NCBI GenBank assembly: GCA_964518275.1
Contig: CAZFFG010000002.1
Location: forward strand, 1-54,733
Length of the DNA: 54,733 nucleotides
From: an uncultured bacterium
GTDB taxonomy: Bacteria > Deinococcota > Deinococci > Deinococcales > Trueperaceae
Direction of reading: 5' to 3'
Below, in pieces: positions 36,017 through 43,854 of the stretch. The first letter of the stretch is position 1. Every line of letters begins with the position of its first letter. The notes under the pieces were generated by a model. That model was given only the letters and a program-made list of their open reading frames with translations. It had not been told where the DNA came from and ran no database searches. The translations under genes and the position numbers were made by a program.

Positions 36017-38017
36017 GTGGGGACCAACTGGCTGCTCTGGGTCGCTACCGGGGCGCTGGGCGCCGCGCTCGTCGTCGCCTGGGTGCTGGTGCGTGCCACC
36101 AGGTCGCGTGAGGCCGCCACGGTGAGGCTCCTCACCTCACTAGAGCTCCAGATCCGCGAGGCTCTGAACGCTGACGCCTGGAGCTTCCAACGAAGCCACT
36201 TGCCAGCGGGCCCAGCCGACGTGGGCGACCTCGCGGTGTGGGACCTACGCGGCGAGGCGCCGGCGCTCATGACAGCCACGCCGGCTGGCTTCGCGTTGAA
36301 GCACGAGCGGCTCCTCGGCGAGGCCCTCGCATCACCCGAGGCGGTGGTGCGAACGGTGGTCGCTGCCAGGCAAGGCGCCAGGCGCCACGGAATGGCCGCC
36401 GTCGTAGGCAGACCGGGAGAGCCGCTATTGGGTCTAACTTTCTTCAGGTCTCGCGGGTTCTCGCCCCGCGAGCTGGACTGGGCCGCCATGTTCGTGCGCC
36501 ACGTAGCGGAGACCGCTGAATCCGCTATGAAGCGCCGCCAAGGGGCGCTGATAACCGAGCTCGTTGAGGCGGTGAACGACGCCGACGCGGCCGAGGAGGT
36601 AGCGCGGGCGGCGGTAGCGCTCCTGTCGCGAGCGACGGGCGGCCTCGCCACCGTGCTCTTACGTTACGAACGAGGCGTGTTCAGGTCGTTCGCGGAAGGT
36701 GGCGACGTGCCAGCCGCCGCGCTTCGGTTCCTGAGGGCGGGCTTCCGGGCGGGCGTGGGCGTGACGTGGGAGGTGTACCGCGTAGGCGCATCTCGTTTCG
36801 TGGCCGATTACCCTGCCTACCCGGACTCTGCGGCTGAGTTGGTGGCGAACGGGGTGCGCTCCATCGCCGTACTGCCCCTCGCGCCACGTGCCGGCAGCCG
36901 TTTGATCCTCGTTCTCTGCAGCTTCCGGCCACGGCGCTGGTTCTCTCACGAGGTGGAGCTGGTGGAGAGCTTCCGGCAGGTGCTGAGGCTCATCCTCGAA
37001 CAGCGCTTGACCGAGGAGCGCCTGGCCGCCATGGTGGCGCTGGAACGCGAACTGGTGGTCACAGATCTCGACAGGATCGCGGACCGGCTACTAGGTGCGG
37101 CGGTGAGGCTCGTGCCCGGGGCTGAGGCGGGCAGCCTCATCGTGAGGGAGGGTCCGGTAATGCGGTTCGCTGCCGTGATCGGCCCGCAGGTCGGTGACTG
37201 GCCAGATTTCGAGTTCACCGACGATGACGCGCTGCGCTGGTACGGTCATGGGGAAGAGCACTTCCGTCTCGGCCGGCCGCGCCTGGCCGTCGCGCAGGGC
37301 GAGACGAGCCTGATGAGCGTTCTAAATGACCATCCAGTGGTGCGCTTAGCGGAGGAGCGAGGCTCGCCGCTAGCCAACCTCTGCCTGCCGGTGGTGGACG
37401 ATGGCGAGGTCATAGCCGTGCTCAACCTGGACGCTCTGCAAGATCAGCATGCCTTCGGGCGCGACGCTTTCGAGATGGTAACGGCGTTCCAGCCGCTGAT
37501 CGCGTTCGTTTTGCGCGACGCGGAGCTTCGGCGACGGTTGGCGCTAACGGCCACTACGGACTCTCTCACGGGCTTGCCGAACCGACGGGCGTTCGACGAG
37601 CAGGCCACGCGTGCGCTGAAGGCCGCCGAGCGGTACGGAACGACACTGGCGCTGTTGATCATGGACATGTCCGGTTTCAAGGCCATCAACGATGCGTACG
37701 GGCACCGCGTTGGCGACATGGTGTTGAAGGACGTGGCCGCGGCGTTGAGCGCGGTCCCGCGCGGGGGCGACTTCGTCTACCGCTGGGGCGGCGACGAGTT
37801 CGCGGCGCTGCTGCGCAACGTGGACGCCGACGAGGCGCACCGGGTGGCGCGGCGCTTCGCTGAGGTGGTGAGCCAGGTGGAGAGCGTCGACGCCCCTGTG
37901 CGCATCAACGTGGGCGTGGCTCTCTACCCGCACGACGCCCACGTCCTTGGCGATCTGCTCGAGGTGGCGGACCGGCGAATGTACGAGACCAAGAGCGCCG
38001 GGCCCGTGGGGGAGTAA
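36017..38017 (+). CDS. Diguanylate cyclase with N-terminal TM and GAF-like sensor domains
   Basis: GGDEF active site RWGGDEFA with the I-site RGGD five residues upstream. LTGLPNRRAF is present, and the upstream ~450 aa are GAF-like. Confidence 0.88.
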   Translation: MGTNWLLWVATGALGAALVVAWVLVRATRSREAATVRLLTSLELQIREALNADAWSFQRSHLPAGPADVGDLAVWDLRGEAPALMTATPAGFALKHERLLGEALASPEAVVRTVVAARQGARRHGMAAVVGRPGEPLLGLTFFRSRGFSPRELDWAAMFVRHVAETAESAMKRRQGALITELVEAVNDADAAEEVARAAVALLSRATGGLATVLLRYERGVFRSFAEGGDVPAAALRFLRAGFRAGVGVTWEVYRVGASRFVADYPAYPDSAAELVANGVRSIAVLPLAPRAGSRLILVLCSFRPRRWFSHEVELVESFRQVLRLILEQRLTEERLAAMVALERELVVTDLDRIADRLLGAAVRLVPGAEAGSLIVREGPVMRFAAVIGPQVGDWPDFEFTDDDALRWYGHGEEHFRLGRPRLAVAQGETSLMSVLNDHPVVRLAEERGSPLANLCLPVVDDGEVIAVLNLDALQDQHAFGRDAFEMVTAFQPLIAFVLRDAELRRRLALTATTDSLTGLPNRRAFDEQATRALKAAERYGTTLALLIMDMSGFKAINDAYGHRVGDMVLKDVAAALSAVPRGGDFVYRWGGDEFAALLRNVDADEAHRVARRFAEVVSQVESVDAPVRINVGVALYPHDAHVLGDLLEVADRRMYETKSAGPVGE

Positions 38018-38040
38018 GCGTCAGGCGAGTAAGCTAGCGC

Positions 38041-38544
38041 ATGGACCCCTTCCTGTTAGGCGACGTACCGGGCGCGGATCCCTTGAGGAGCGCCTGGCTA
38101 AGAGGGCTACAACACTTGGAGGACAACCTGGACCGCTGGGTGGCCGACCTCGAGCCCGCGGGCTACTGGTGGACCCCGCACCCTGCGCTCAACCCCATCG
38201 GCAACCTCGTGCGGCACATAGGCGGTTCGAGCCTCCGGCTCCTGCATTACGCTCAGGGCCGTATGCCCTCCGAGGAGCTGCGAGCGGAGGGAGCGACCGA
38301 CTTCACCTTCAGTGGGGCTAACGGCGTCGAGCTCCTGCAGGGCTGCATGGAGCGGCTCAACACCGTGCGGAGCGGGCTCATGGCGCTGGACGCTAGCGAG
38401 CTAGAGACCGTGCGGGAGGTGGGACGCAAGCGCGTGCCGGTACGCACCGTGATCATCGTGCAGCACCTACTCGAACATGGTCACGCGCACGCCGGTCAGG
38501 TCATCACCATGCGCAAGCTTCACGACGCACAGACAGGCGACTAG
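38041..38544 (+). CDS. DinB/YfiT-family metal-dependent four-helix-bundle protein
   Basis: Conserved His triad context (NLVRHIGGSS, HLLEHGHAHAGQ). 167 aa. Its 3' end overlaps the znuA stop by 4 nt (convergent). Confidence 0.75.
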   Translation: MDPFLLGDVPGADPLRSAWLRGLQHLEDNLDRWVADLEPAGYWWTPHPALNPIGNLVRHIGGSSLRLLHYAQGRMPSEELRAEGATDFTFSGANGVELLQGCMERLNTVRSGLMALDASELETVREVGRKRVPVRTVIIVQHLLEHGHAHAGQVITMRKLHDAQTGD

Positions 38545-39539
38545 CGCTCGTTGGCGTCGGTGGTTAGGGCTGCAACGATGATGGTGGCGTTCTGAAGAAG
38601 GAGCTCGTCGTAGGTGGCCGGGCCGGGAGCGCCGCCGATGGGGTCGAGCAGCGCCACGCCCACACCGGCGCTCTGCGCCACCACGTCCGCCGAGCGGCTA
38701 CCTAGTTGGCGCTCCGCGAAGATGACGGGCGCACCCGAGGCCTGGACCGCTAGAACCGCCTCCGCAACGTAGCGGGGGCTAGGCTCACGGCCGGGGAACG
38801 GCTCGAGCGTCACAACGATGTTGAGGTCGTAGCGCTCAGCGAAGTAGACCCAAGCGTCGTGGAACGGCACGAACGGCTGCCCTGCGGCTGGCGCCAGCAC
38901 GGTGACCAGCTCGGCGTGGAGCGCGAGCAGCTCGCCGCGCACGCGCTCCGCGTTCGAGGCGTAAGTGGGGCCCCCGGCTGGATCGAGCTCGGTGAGCGCC
39001 GCCGCGATGGCGTCCACCGCCTGGGTCATGAGCAGTGGGTCGAGCCAGATGTGGGCGTTGACGCCACCCTCGTGGTCGTGGTCGCCCGCATGGTCGTGCT
39101 CGTGGTCATGTTCGTGATCGGTGGCGTGCTCGTCTGCGTGCTCATGGCCCTCGAGCGGAGCGAACTCCACGTGCTCCATCACAACGAGCACAGGGGTGCC
39201 CGGAGCGGTCGCTGCCACGAGCCGGTTGAGCCAGAGGTCGAGGCCGCCGTTCATGATGACCAGGTCGGCCCGAGCGAGGCGCGCCGCCTGTGACGGCGTG
39301 GGGTCGAAGGCGTGCGGCGACGCGCCAGGCGGCAGTATGGTCGTCACGCTCACGCGCTCACCGGCTACCCGCTCAACTAGGTCCTGGTACGGGTTGAGGC
39401 TGACCACCACCTGGAGCGGTTGCTCGTTCTGGGCCAGCGCGGCGCCAGCGTTGAGGAGGATAGTTAGCAGTGCACCTAAGAGTAGGAGGCGGCGGGGAGG
39501 GCGCACACCGAGCAGGCCTAGATGAGAACGTCTTATCAT
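38541..39539 (-). CDS. znuA: Zinc ABC transporter substrate-binding protein (ZnuA-like) with a His/Asp-rich loop
   Basis: Cluster-9 SBP pattern plus the loop HEHADEHATDHEHDHEHDHAGDHDHEGG. The ATG at 39539 gives the classical signal peptide MIRRSHLGLLGV...AGAALAQ. The ORF is open to 39605. Confidence 0.85.
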   Translation of the reverse strand: MIRRSHLGLLGVRPPRRLLLLGALLTILLNAGAALAQNEQPLQVVVSLNPYQDLVERVAGERVSVTTILPPGASPHAFDPTPSQAARLARADLVIMNGGLDLWLNRLVAATAPGTPVLVVMEHVEFAPLEGHEHADEHATDHEHDHEHDHAGDHDHEGGVNAHIWLDPLLMTQAVDAIAAALTELDPAGGPTYASNAERVRGELLALHAELVTVLAPAAGQPFVPFHDAWVYFAERYDLNIVVTLEPFPGREPSPRYVAEAVLAVQASGAPVIFAERQLGSRSADVVAQSAGVGVALLDPIGGAPGPATYDELLLQNATIIVAALTTDANER

Positions 39540-39608
39540 AAGCGCGAGTATAAGCAGCGCTACCCCTGTGGTGTCAACGGCTGATAAGGGTCCCGCCGCA
39601 AGCATACA

Positions 39609-39623
39609 TGAGAATGATTCTCA
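39609..39623. promoter_or_regulatory. Zur/Fur-type box, perfect 7-1-7 palindrome TGAGAAT-G-ATTCTCA
   Basis: It lies in the divergent znuA/zur intergenic region, 30 nt upstream of the zur ATG. It differs at one symmetric position from the actinobacterial-type Zur box TGAAAATGATTTTCA. Confidence 0.75.
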
Positions 39624-39652
39624 CTTCTCACGAATTCTGCTATGCTGGCAGC

Positions 39653-40048
39653 ATGAGTCGACGCACGGAGCAAAGGGAGGCCATCCTCCGCACGCTGGCC
39701 GGGGCCGAGGGCCCGCTCACCGCGCAGGAGGTCCACGCCCGCGCGAAAGAGGTGCATCCCACCATCGGGCTGGCCACCGTTTACCGCAACCTTGCCACCT
39801 TAGAATCCGACGGCGCCATCGTGGCCGTTCACCTACCGCAGGACGCCACGCGCTACGAGACGGCAGGCAGGGGACACCACCATCACTTCCGCTGCGTGAA
39901 GTGCCACACGGTCTTCGAGATCGAGGGCGCCTGCCCCGTGGCCATCCTAGAGGGCGCCACGCTACCTGGCGGCCTGACCGTCATGGGCCATGAACTGGTG
40001 TTCTTCGGGCGGTGCGCAAGCTGCGGGGGTGCAACCGCGCAGGCTTAG
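39653..40048 (+). CDS. zur: Fur-family zinc uptake regulator
   Basis: HHHHFRCVKCHTVFEIE and a C-terminal CASCGG (CxxC pairs). TATGCT lies 6 nt upstream of the ATG. Confidence 0.88.
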   Translation: MSRRTEQREAILRTLAGAEGPLTAQEVHARAKEVHPTIGLATVYRNLATLESDGAIVAVHLPQDATRYETAGRGHHHHFRCVKCHTVFEIEGACPVAILEGATLPGGLTVMGHELVFFGRCASCGGATAQA

Positions 40049-40162
40049 CCCGGGAGCTACTACGGAAGCGTGACCTGCCGCTCCCACACGGCTTGAAGCA
40101 GGGTACTCTGAGGCACACTACCGCCCGGTCAGCCCGACCGGGCAGCGCTGCTTGGAGGAGCC

Positions 40163-40660
40163 ATGCCCAGCGATCCAACCGAGAACCTAACCGAACTGGA
40201 ACTAGACGCCCTGTGGACCATCTACGAGGGGCATAGCCTTGTGATCGAGTACCCGGAACGGGACGACGAGGACCCGTACGCCCACGCGATCATGGAAGTC
40301 AGGTTCGAGGAGGGCGAGGCGGTGGCCGAAGTGGCCGAGATCCCGCTAGACACGGCCCGCCTGCTGATCGATGAGGGCTACCTGGTGCTGAGCCAGGACG
40401 GCCCGGTTCTCGACGAAACCGAGTGGTTCGACGAAGAGCTCAACACCAACGTTCGCGCCGAGGAGTACGTGCTGTCTGAGAAGGGCCAGAGCGCCATCGA
40501 CGCTACCGCGGACGGCGAGGCCAGCGAGTTCGACGACCAAGACGATGACGACGACTGGGACGACGAAGACGAAGACGGCGAAGACGACTGGGGCGACGAT
40601 GAGTGGGACGACGATGAAGACGACGATTGGGACGACGAGGACGACTCTGCCGAGGCGTGA
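40163..40660 (+). CDS. Hypothetical extremely acidic protein with a D/E/W-repeat tail
   Basis: 165 aa. The C-terminal ~45 residues are DDQDDDDDWDDEDEDGEDDWGDDEWDDDEDDDWDDEDDSAEA. GGAGG lies 4 nt before the ATG, and a terminator follows. Confidence 0.65.
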   Translation: MPSDPTENLTELELDALWTIYEGHSLVIEYPERDDEDPYAHAIMEVRFEEGEAVAEVAEIPLDTARLLIDEGYLVLSQDGPVLDETEWFDEELNTNVRAEEYVLSEKGQSAIDATADGEASEFDDQDDDDDWDDEDEDGEDDWGDDEWDDDEDDDWDDEDDSAEA

Positions 40661-40735
40661 CCTCTAAGGCGTAGGCCATGAACTGCCCTCGCGCTGCTGA
40701 GGGTACGCCAGCATCTCAATTCAGATCCGCCACGG

Positions 40736-40767
40736 GCGCCTAGGGAAACCTGGGCGCCGGCTTGTTT
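40736..40767 (+). terminator. Hairpin with a GAAA tetraloop and T-rich tail after the acidic-protein gene
   Basis: gcgcctagg-gaaa-cctgggcgc (one G-U pair), then cggcttgttt. Confidence 0.6.
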
Positions 40768-40857
40768 CCTGTGTCGGCCTCGGCGCGCACCGCGTTCTTG
40801 GGATGCGAGCGGCGCCCAAGGCGCTTACGCAGGGCGGGTCATCGAAAGTTTGAGGAT

Positions 40858-40881
40858 ATTTGATAAGAGCAGTTATCAAAT
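40858..40881. promoter_or_regulatory. Perfect 9-6-9 inverted repeat ATTTGATAA-GAGCAG-TTATCAAAT (candidate recombinase core / dif-like site or operator)
   Basis: Read directly. The 9-mer also occurs at 35949-35957 (+) and 41180-41188 (reverse complement). Confidence 0.6.
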
Positions 40882-41192
40882 CGAATATGCGTTTCACTCA
40901 TATGCACAACACAAGCTCAACGTCACTACCATCTCCACCGTCTCCCAAGAACGCATATGCACTCTCCGGTCGCTAGCTAACGCCGTCGGTACGCGTTCGA
41001 CTACTGGCCCACCTACTCGTTAGCGGCGTTGGCTTGGTCACACAGGAACGGTGTCCAGATCGAGCTAGGCATGACCCACGAGGCCGACAGCTCGAACCAC
41101 TGTTAGGTCGGCTCCTCGCTGGATCACCCAGCATGAGCCGGCCGTGACGCTAGCGGCCGCCAAGGGCGCGTAACGGGGGATTTGATAACGCG

Positions 41193-41287
41193 GTGGTCGG
41201 ACCACAATGCCTCGCTCAGCGCGGTCTCCATGCCGAACTCGTCACATCTTGCGCAAGTGGTCGGACCACACTGGCATAGGTCGGACC
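41193..41287. promoter_or_regulatory. FadR-type GntR operators: GTGGTCGGACCAC twice plus GGTCGGACC
   Basis: Identical 13-bp palindromes at 41193-41205 and 41257-41269, and a 9-bp core at 41279-41287. All lie upstream of the GntR-family gene. TACACT -10-like element at 41296-41301. Confidence 0.7.
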
Positions 41288-41338
41288 TCTTCTGATACAC
41301 TCCTCTCAATCGCGACAGCGAACCTGGAAGGAGCAACG

Positions 41339-42085
41339 GTGGTGACGCAGGTAGGCACAGGAACCCGCATCGTCGATCAGGCGCGCGACGCTCTTGCGGC
41401 TTTCGTCAGGAGCGCGCCAGAAGGCAGCAAGCTCCCGCCCGAACGCGAACTGGCGCAGAGGCTCGGCGTCTCACGCACCACGCTCCGTGACGGCGTTAGC
41501 CGCCTGGCACTACTAGGTCTTCTAGAGGTACGGCATGGGGACGGCACCTACGTGCGCTCACCCGACGCCGCGCAACTGGCCCTCCCCTTCCGGTCGCTCC
41601 TAGAGCACAACCCAGAAGGCCCCGGCGAGATCCTCGCCCTCAAACGCCTTCTAGAACCCGCGTTGGCTGCGGCGGCGGCCCAGAACGCTACCCACGACGA
41701 CGTTGCCGCGCTGAGAGCGGCCGTTCAGCAGGAACGGAACGAGCTCCTGCGCCCCACCGACAAGCGGCGTGCTACGAGGCGTCAGAACGCCAAGCGTTCG
41801 TTGGAATCTCTCATGCTCGAGGCGGCCGGCCAGTCTTTGGTAGGCACGCTGGTCAGCCTCGCCACCGAGATACTGCGCCCAACGCTGGCAGAACGGTTAC
41901 CGGCCGCGTTCCGACAGCTGGCAGTAGAGCAGCGCGCCGCCATCGTGGAGGCCATTGCAGTGGGCGCACCCGACGCGGCACGGGGCGCTATGGAGCTGCA
42001 CCTGAACACGTTGGCAAAGGCGCTTGAGGCCGTGGAAACAGGCCCCGAGCAAAGCGCTCAGCCGGCTGCTGCGTTAGCGTCCTAA
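41339..42085 (+). CDS. GntR-family regulator, FadR/FCD subfamily
   Basis: wHTH KLPPERELAQRLGVSRTTLRDGVSRLALLGLLEVRHGDGTYV plus an all-helical FCD-like C-terminus. The GTG lies 6 nt after GGAAGGAG. The ORF is open from 41207. Confidence 0.88.
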   Translation: MVTQVGTGTRIVDQARDALAAFVRSAPEGSKLPPERELAQRLGVSRTTLRDGVSRLALLGLLEVRHGDGTYVRSPDAAQLALPFRSLLEHNPEGPGEILALKRLLEPALAAAAAQNATHDDVAALRAAVQQERNELLRPTDKRRATRRQNAKRSLESLMLEAAGQSLVGTLVSLATEILRPTLAERLPAAFRQLAVEQRAAIVEAIAVGAPDAARGAMELHLNTLAKALEAVETGPEQSAQPAAALAS

Positions 42086-42132
42086 CGGTTGCCCACGGCT
42101 TACACCGGTAGGGCTGCGCGCCGTTCTGGCGC

Positions 42133-43854
42133 CTAGCGCACGCGGCGAACCATGTAGGCATCACCGCGGAGGGGAGTGAACCGCTCCCGATCTTCCGCCA
42201 GGCGGAACATGGCGCTAGACACGCGCTCCTGACTCATCTGAAGCTTCTCTGCGAGGTCATCGCAACGCACGATAGCCGGCACGTCGGGTCGACCGAAGTA
42301 GACCTGCAGACGAGCCATGTCGTCTTCCAGGCTGCCGGGCTCCGCCTGATCGGCCAGGTGAGGAGCCACGTCGGTTTCGAAGTCAACATCGTAGACGGAC
42401 TCGTCCACGATCACCCGCGGCTGACGCGGCGCTTCCGAACGCTGCGGCGCCGCTGGGCTCTTCGGCTGCGGCTCGTTCTCTAACAACTGTTGAGTGGCGG
42501 CAGGCGCAGGCGCCTCCGGTTCTTGGTGGCTTGGCGCCTCGCTTCCCCCCTGCCGGCCACCGCGACCCAGGCCTAGGCGGCCGAACAGGCCCTGCTTGCG
42601 CTCGACCGATACCGGTACACGCTCGGCGGCTGACGCGACCTGCGCCTCTTGGTAGCGGAGGAACGCTTCCTCGCTTTCCGTACGCCACTTCCCGCCGGCC
42701 GGTAGCGACAACAGGTCGGACTCCAGGATGGTGGGGGGCGCGTAACCGGCTTCCTTGTCGGCGTCGATGGGAGCGTCGAGGTACGGGTCCAGCTTGGCGC
42801 GTGGGGTGACCGTAGTGGCGCTTGCAGCGGGCTCCATGGCGGGTTCCGCAGCCGCCTCCTCCTTGGGTTCGCGGTGCGAGAGCGGAACGTCGGCCGGCCG
42901 AGCGGTGGGCCGCTCACGCGGCTCCTCCGGGAGCGGCCAGCTCATCGAGTACGACATCGACGCTGCGGGCGCCTGCTCGTGCTCCGCTAGCGCCTGCTGG
43001 CCGGCAGCCGCCGTGCGCGGCGCCTCGCGCGGTTCCTTATCCTTGGGCTTGGAAAGTGGTGGGAACTCGACCTCTAGCGGCGTAGACGTGCCCTTCGAGC
43101 GGCGTACCACACGCACCGTGGATCCTGAGAAAGCCTCGGCGGCCTCCTCTGGCGGAACGACCGGTCCGGCGATCATGGTGTCGAGCGAACGCCAGGCTGG
43201 ACGCTGCCGCCTGGCCCATACCTCGTGGGCCGAGGCACGATCTACCGGCCGCGGGGTGACTGTGTCGGTGCGCGGAGGCAGACCGCCCTCTATACGCACG
43301 CGCTTGACTGCGTTGACGGTGGTGGAGTGCCACTGCTCGGTAGCGGTGGGCCGCGCGGCTTCGTCCGCCTCGCCGCCGGCTTGGGCGGGTTCCTCGGACG
43401 CGGCGCCGTTAGGGCTGTCGACCAGCTGAGCGGGTGCGGGGAACAGGCCCCGGGCCCGGATACGACCATCGCTACCGGTAGAGCCCGTTACCTCCGGGAC
43501 GTTCCTCGCGATGACCGCCGGGGAGCCCGCCTGACGCGTGGCGCGCGGCCGCTCACGCTTGTGAGCGGTGAGGACGAGGCTGTCTCCGTCGAAACAGAAC
43601 TCCACACGATCGTTTGCTTTCAGCCCCTCGCGAGCGAAGAACGGCGCCAGGCCCTGGAGGGTCCTCGGCGCCTCGAACTCGATCATCTGCTCTTCCCCAC
43701 CCGCCGTGACCTTGTGCTGCCCCTCGCTGAATCGTCCTATGAGGCTGAGGGGCAGGCGTACGGTGCCGCTCCTCAAGCACACAGTGGTGAGGTCGACGAC
43801 GAAGGTTTCTTGGTTCCGCGGCCCTCCCCCGGACCGCGGTTCACGGTTATTCAT
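42133..43854 (-). CDS. Hypothetical protein: AbrB/SpoVT-like N-terminal barrel, ~400-aa P/A/E-rich disordered linker, wHTH-like C-terminus
   Basis: N-terminus GTVRLPLSLIGRF...FFAREGLKANDRVEFCFDGDSLVLTAHK. C-terminus VRCDDLAEKLQMSQERVSSAMFRLAEDRERFTPLRGDAYMV. The ATG at 43854 lies 4 nt after GAGGG. The ORF is open to 43917. Confidence 0.65.
   Translation of the reverse strand: MNNREPRSGGGPRNQETFVVDLTTVCLRSGTVRLPLSLIGRFSEGQHKVTAGGEEQMIEFEAPRTLQGLAPFFAREGLKANDRVEFCFDGDSLVLTAHKRERPRATRQAGSPAVIARNVPEVTGSTGSDGRIRARGLFPAPAQLVDSPNGAASEEPAQAGGEADEAARPTATEQWHSTTVNAVKRVRIEGGLPPRTDTVTPRPVDRASAHEVWARRQRPAWRSLDTMIAGPVVPPEEAAEAFSGSTVRVVRRSKGTSTPLEVEFPPLSKPKDKEPREAPRTAAAGQQALAEHEQAPAASMSYSMSWPLPEEPRERPTARPADVPLSHREPKEEAAAEPAMEPAASATTVTPRAKLDPYLDAPIDADKEAGYAPPTILESDLLSLPAGGKWRTESEEAFLRYQEAQVASAAERVPVSVERKQGLFGRLGLGRGGRQGGSEAPSHQEPEAPAPAATQQLLENEPQPKSPAAPQRSEAPRQPRVIVDESVYDVDFETDVAPHLADQAEPGSLEDDMARLQVYFGRPDVPAIVRCDDLAEKLQMSQERVSSAMFRLAEDRERFTPLRGDAYMVRRVR

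Noticed and set aside
39540-39605. The upstream ATG at 39605 as the znuA start.
   Set aside because: It would place the Zur box only 4 nt from the start codon and add 22 residues ahead of an otherwise classical signal peptide. The ATG at 39539 is preferred, but this is not proven.
40858-40881. TTATCAAAT read as DnaA boxes, making the island a replication origin.
   Set aside because: It mismatches TTATCCACA at three of nine positions. There are no dnaA, dnaN or other origin-linked genes nearby and no cluster of true boxes.
35949-41188. The idea that the TTATCAAAT copies delimit an integrated genomic island (GGDEF, DinB-family, znuA, zur, acidic protein) mobilised by the recombinase.
   Set aside because: The recombinase gene lies outside the interval. 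The solitary copies lack a second arm at 6-bp spacing. The enclosed genes look compositionally like their surroundings and include housekeeping zinc homeostasis. No direct att-type duplication longer than the 9-mer was seen. The motif itself is kept as a separate finding.
41124-41336. A 70-aa minus-strand ORF covering the GntR operator region.
   Set aside because: It coincides exactly with the palindromic operators and promoter of the GntR gene. It has no SD or motif and is more parsimoniously regulatory DNA.
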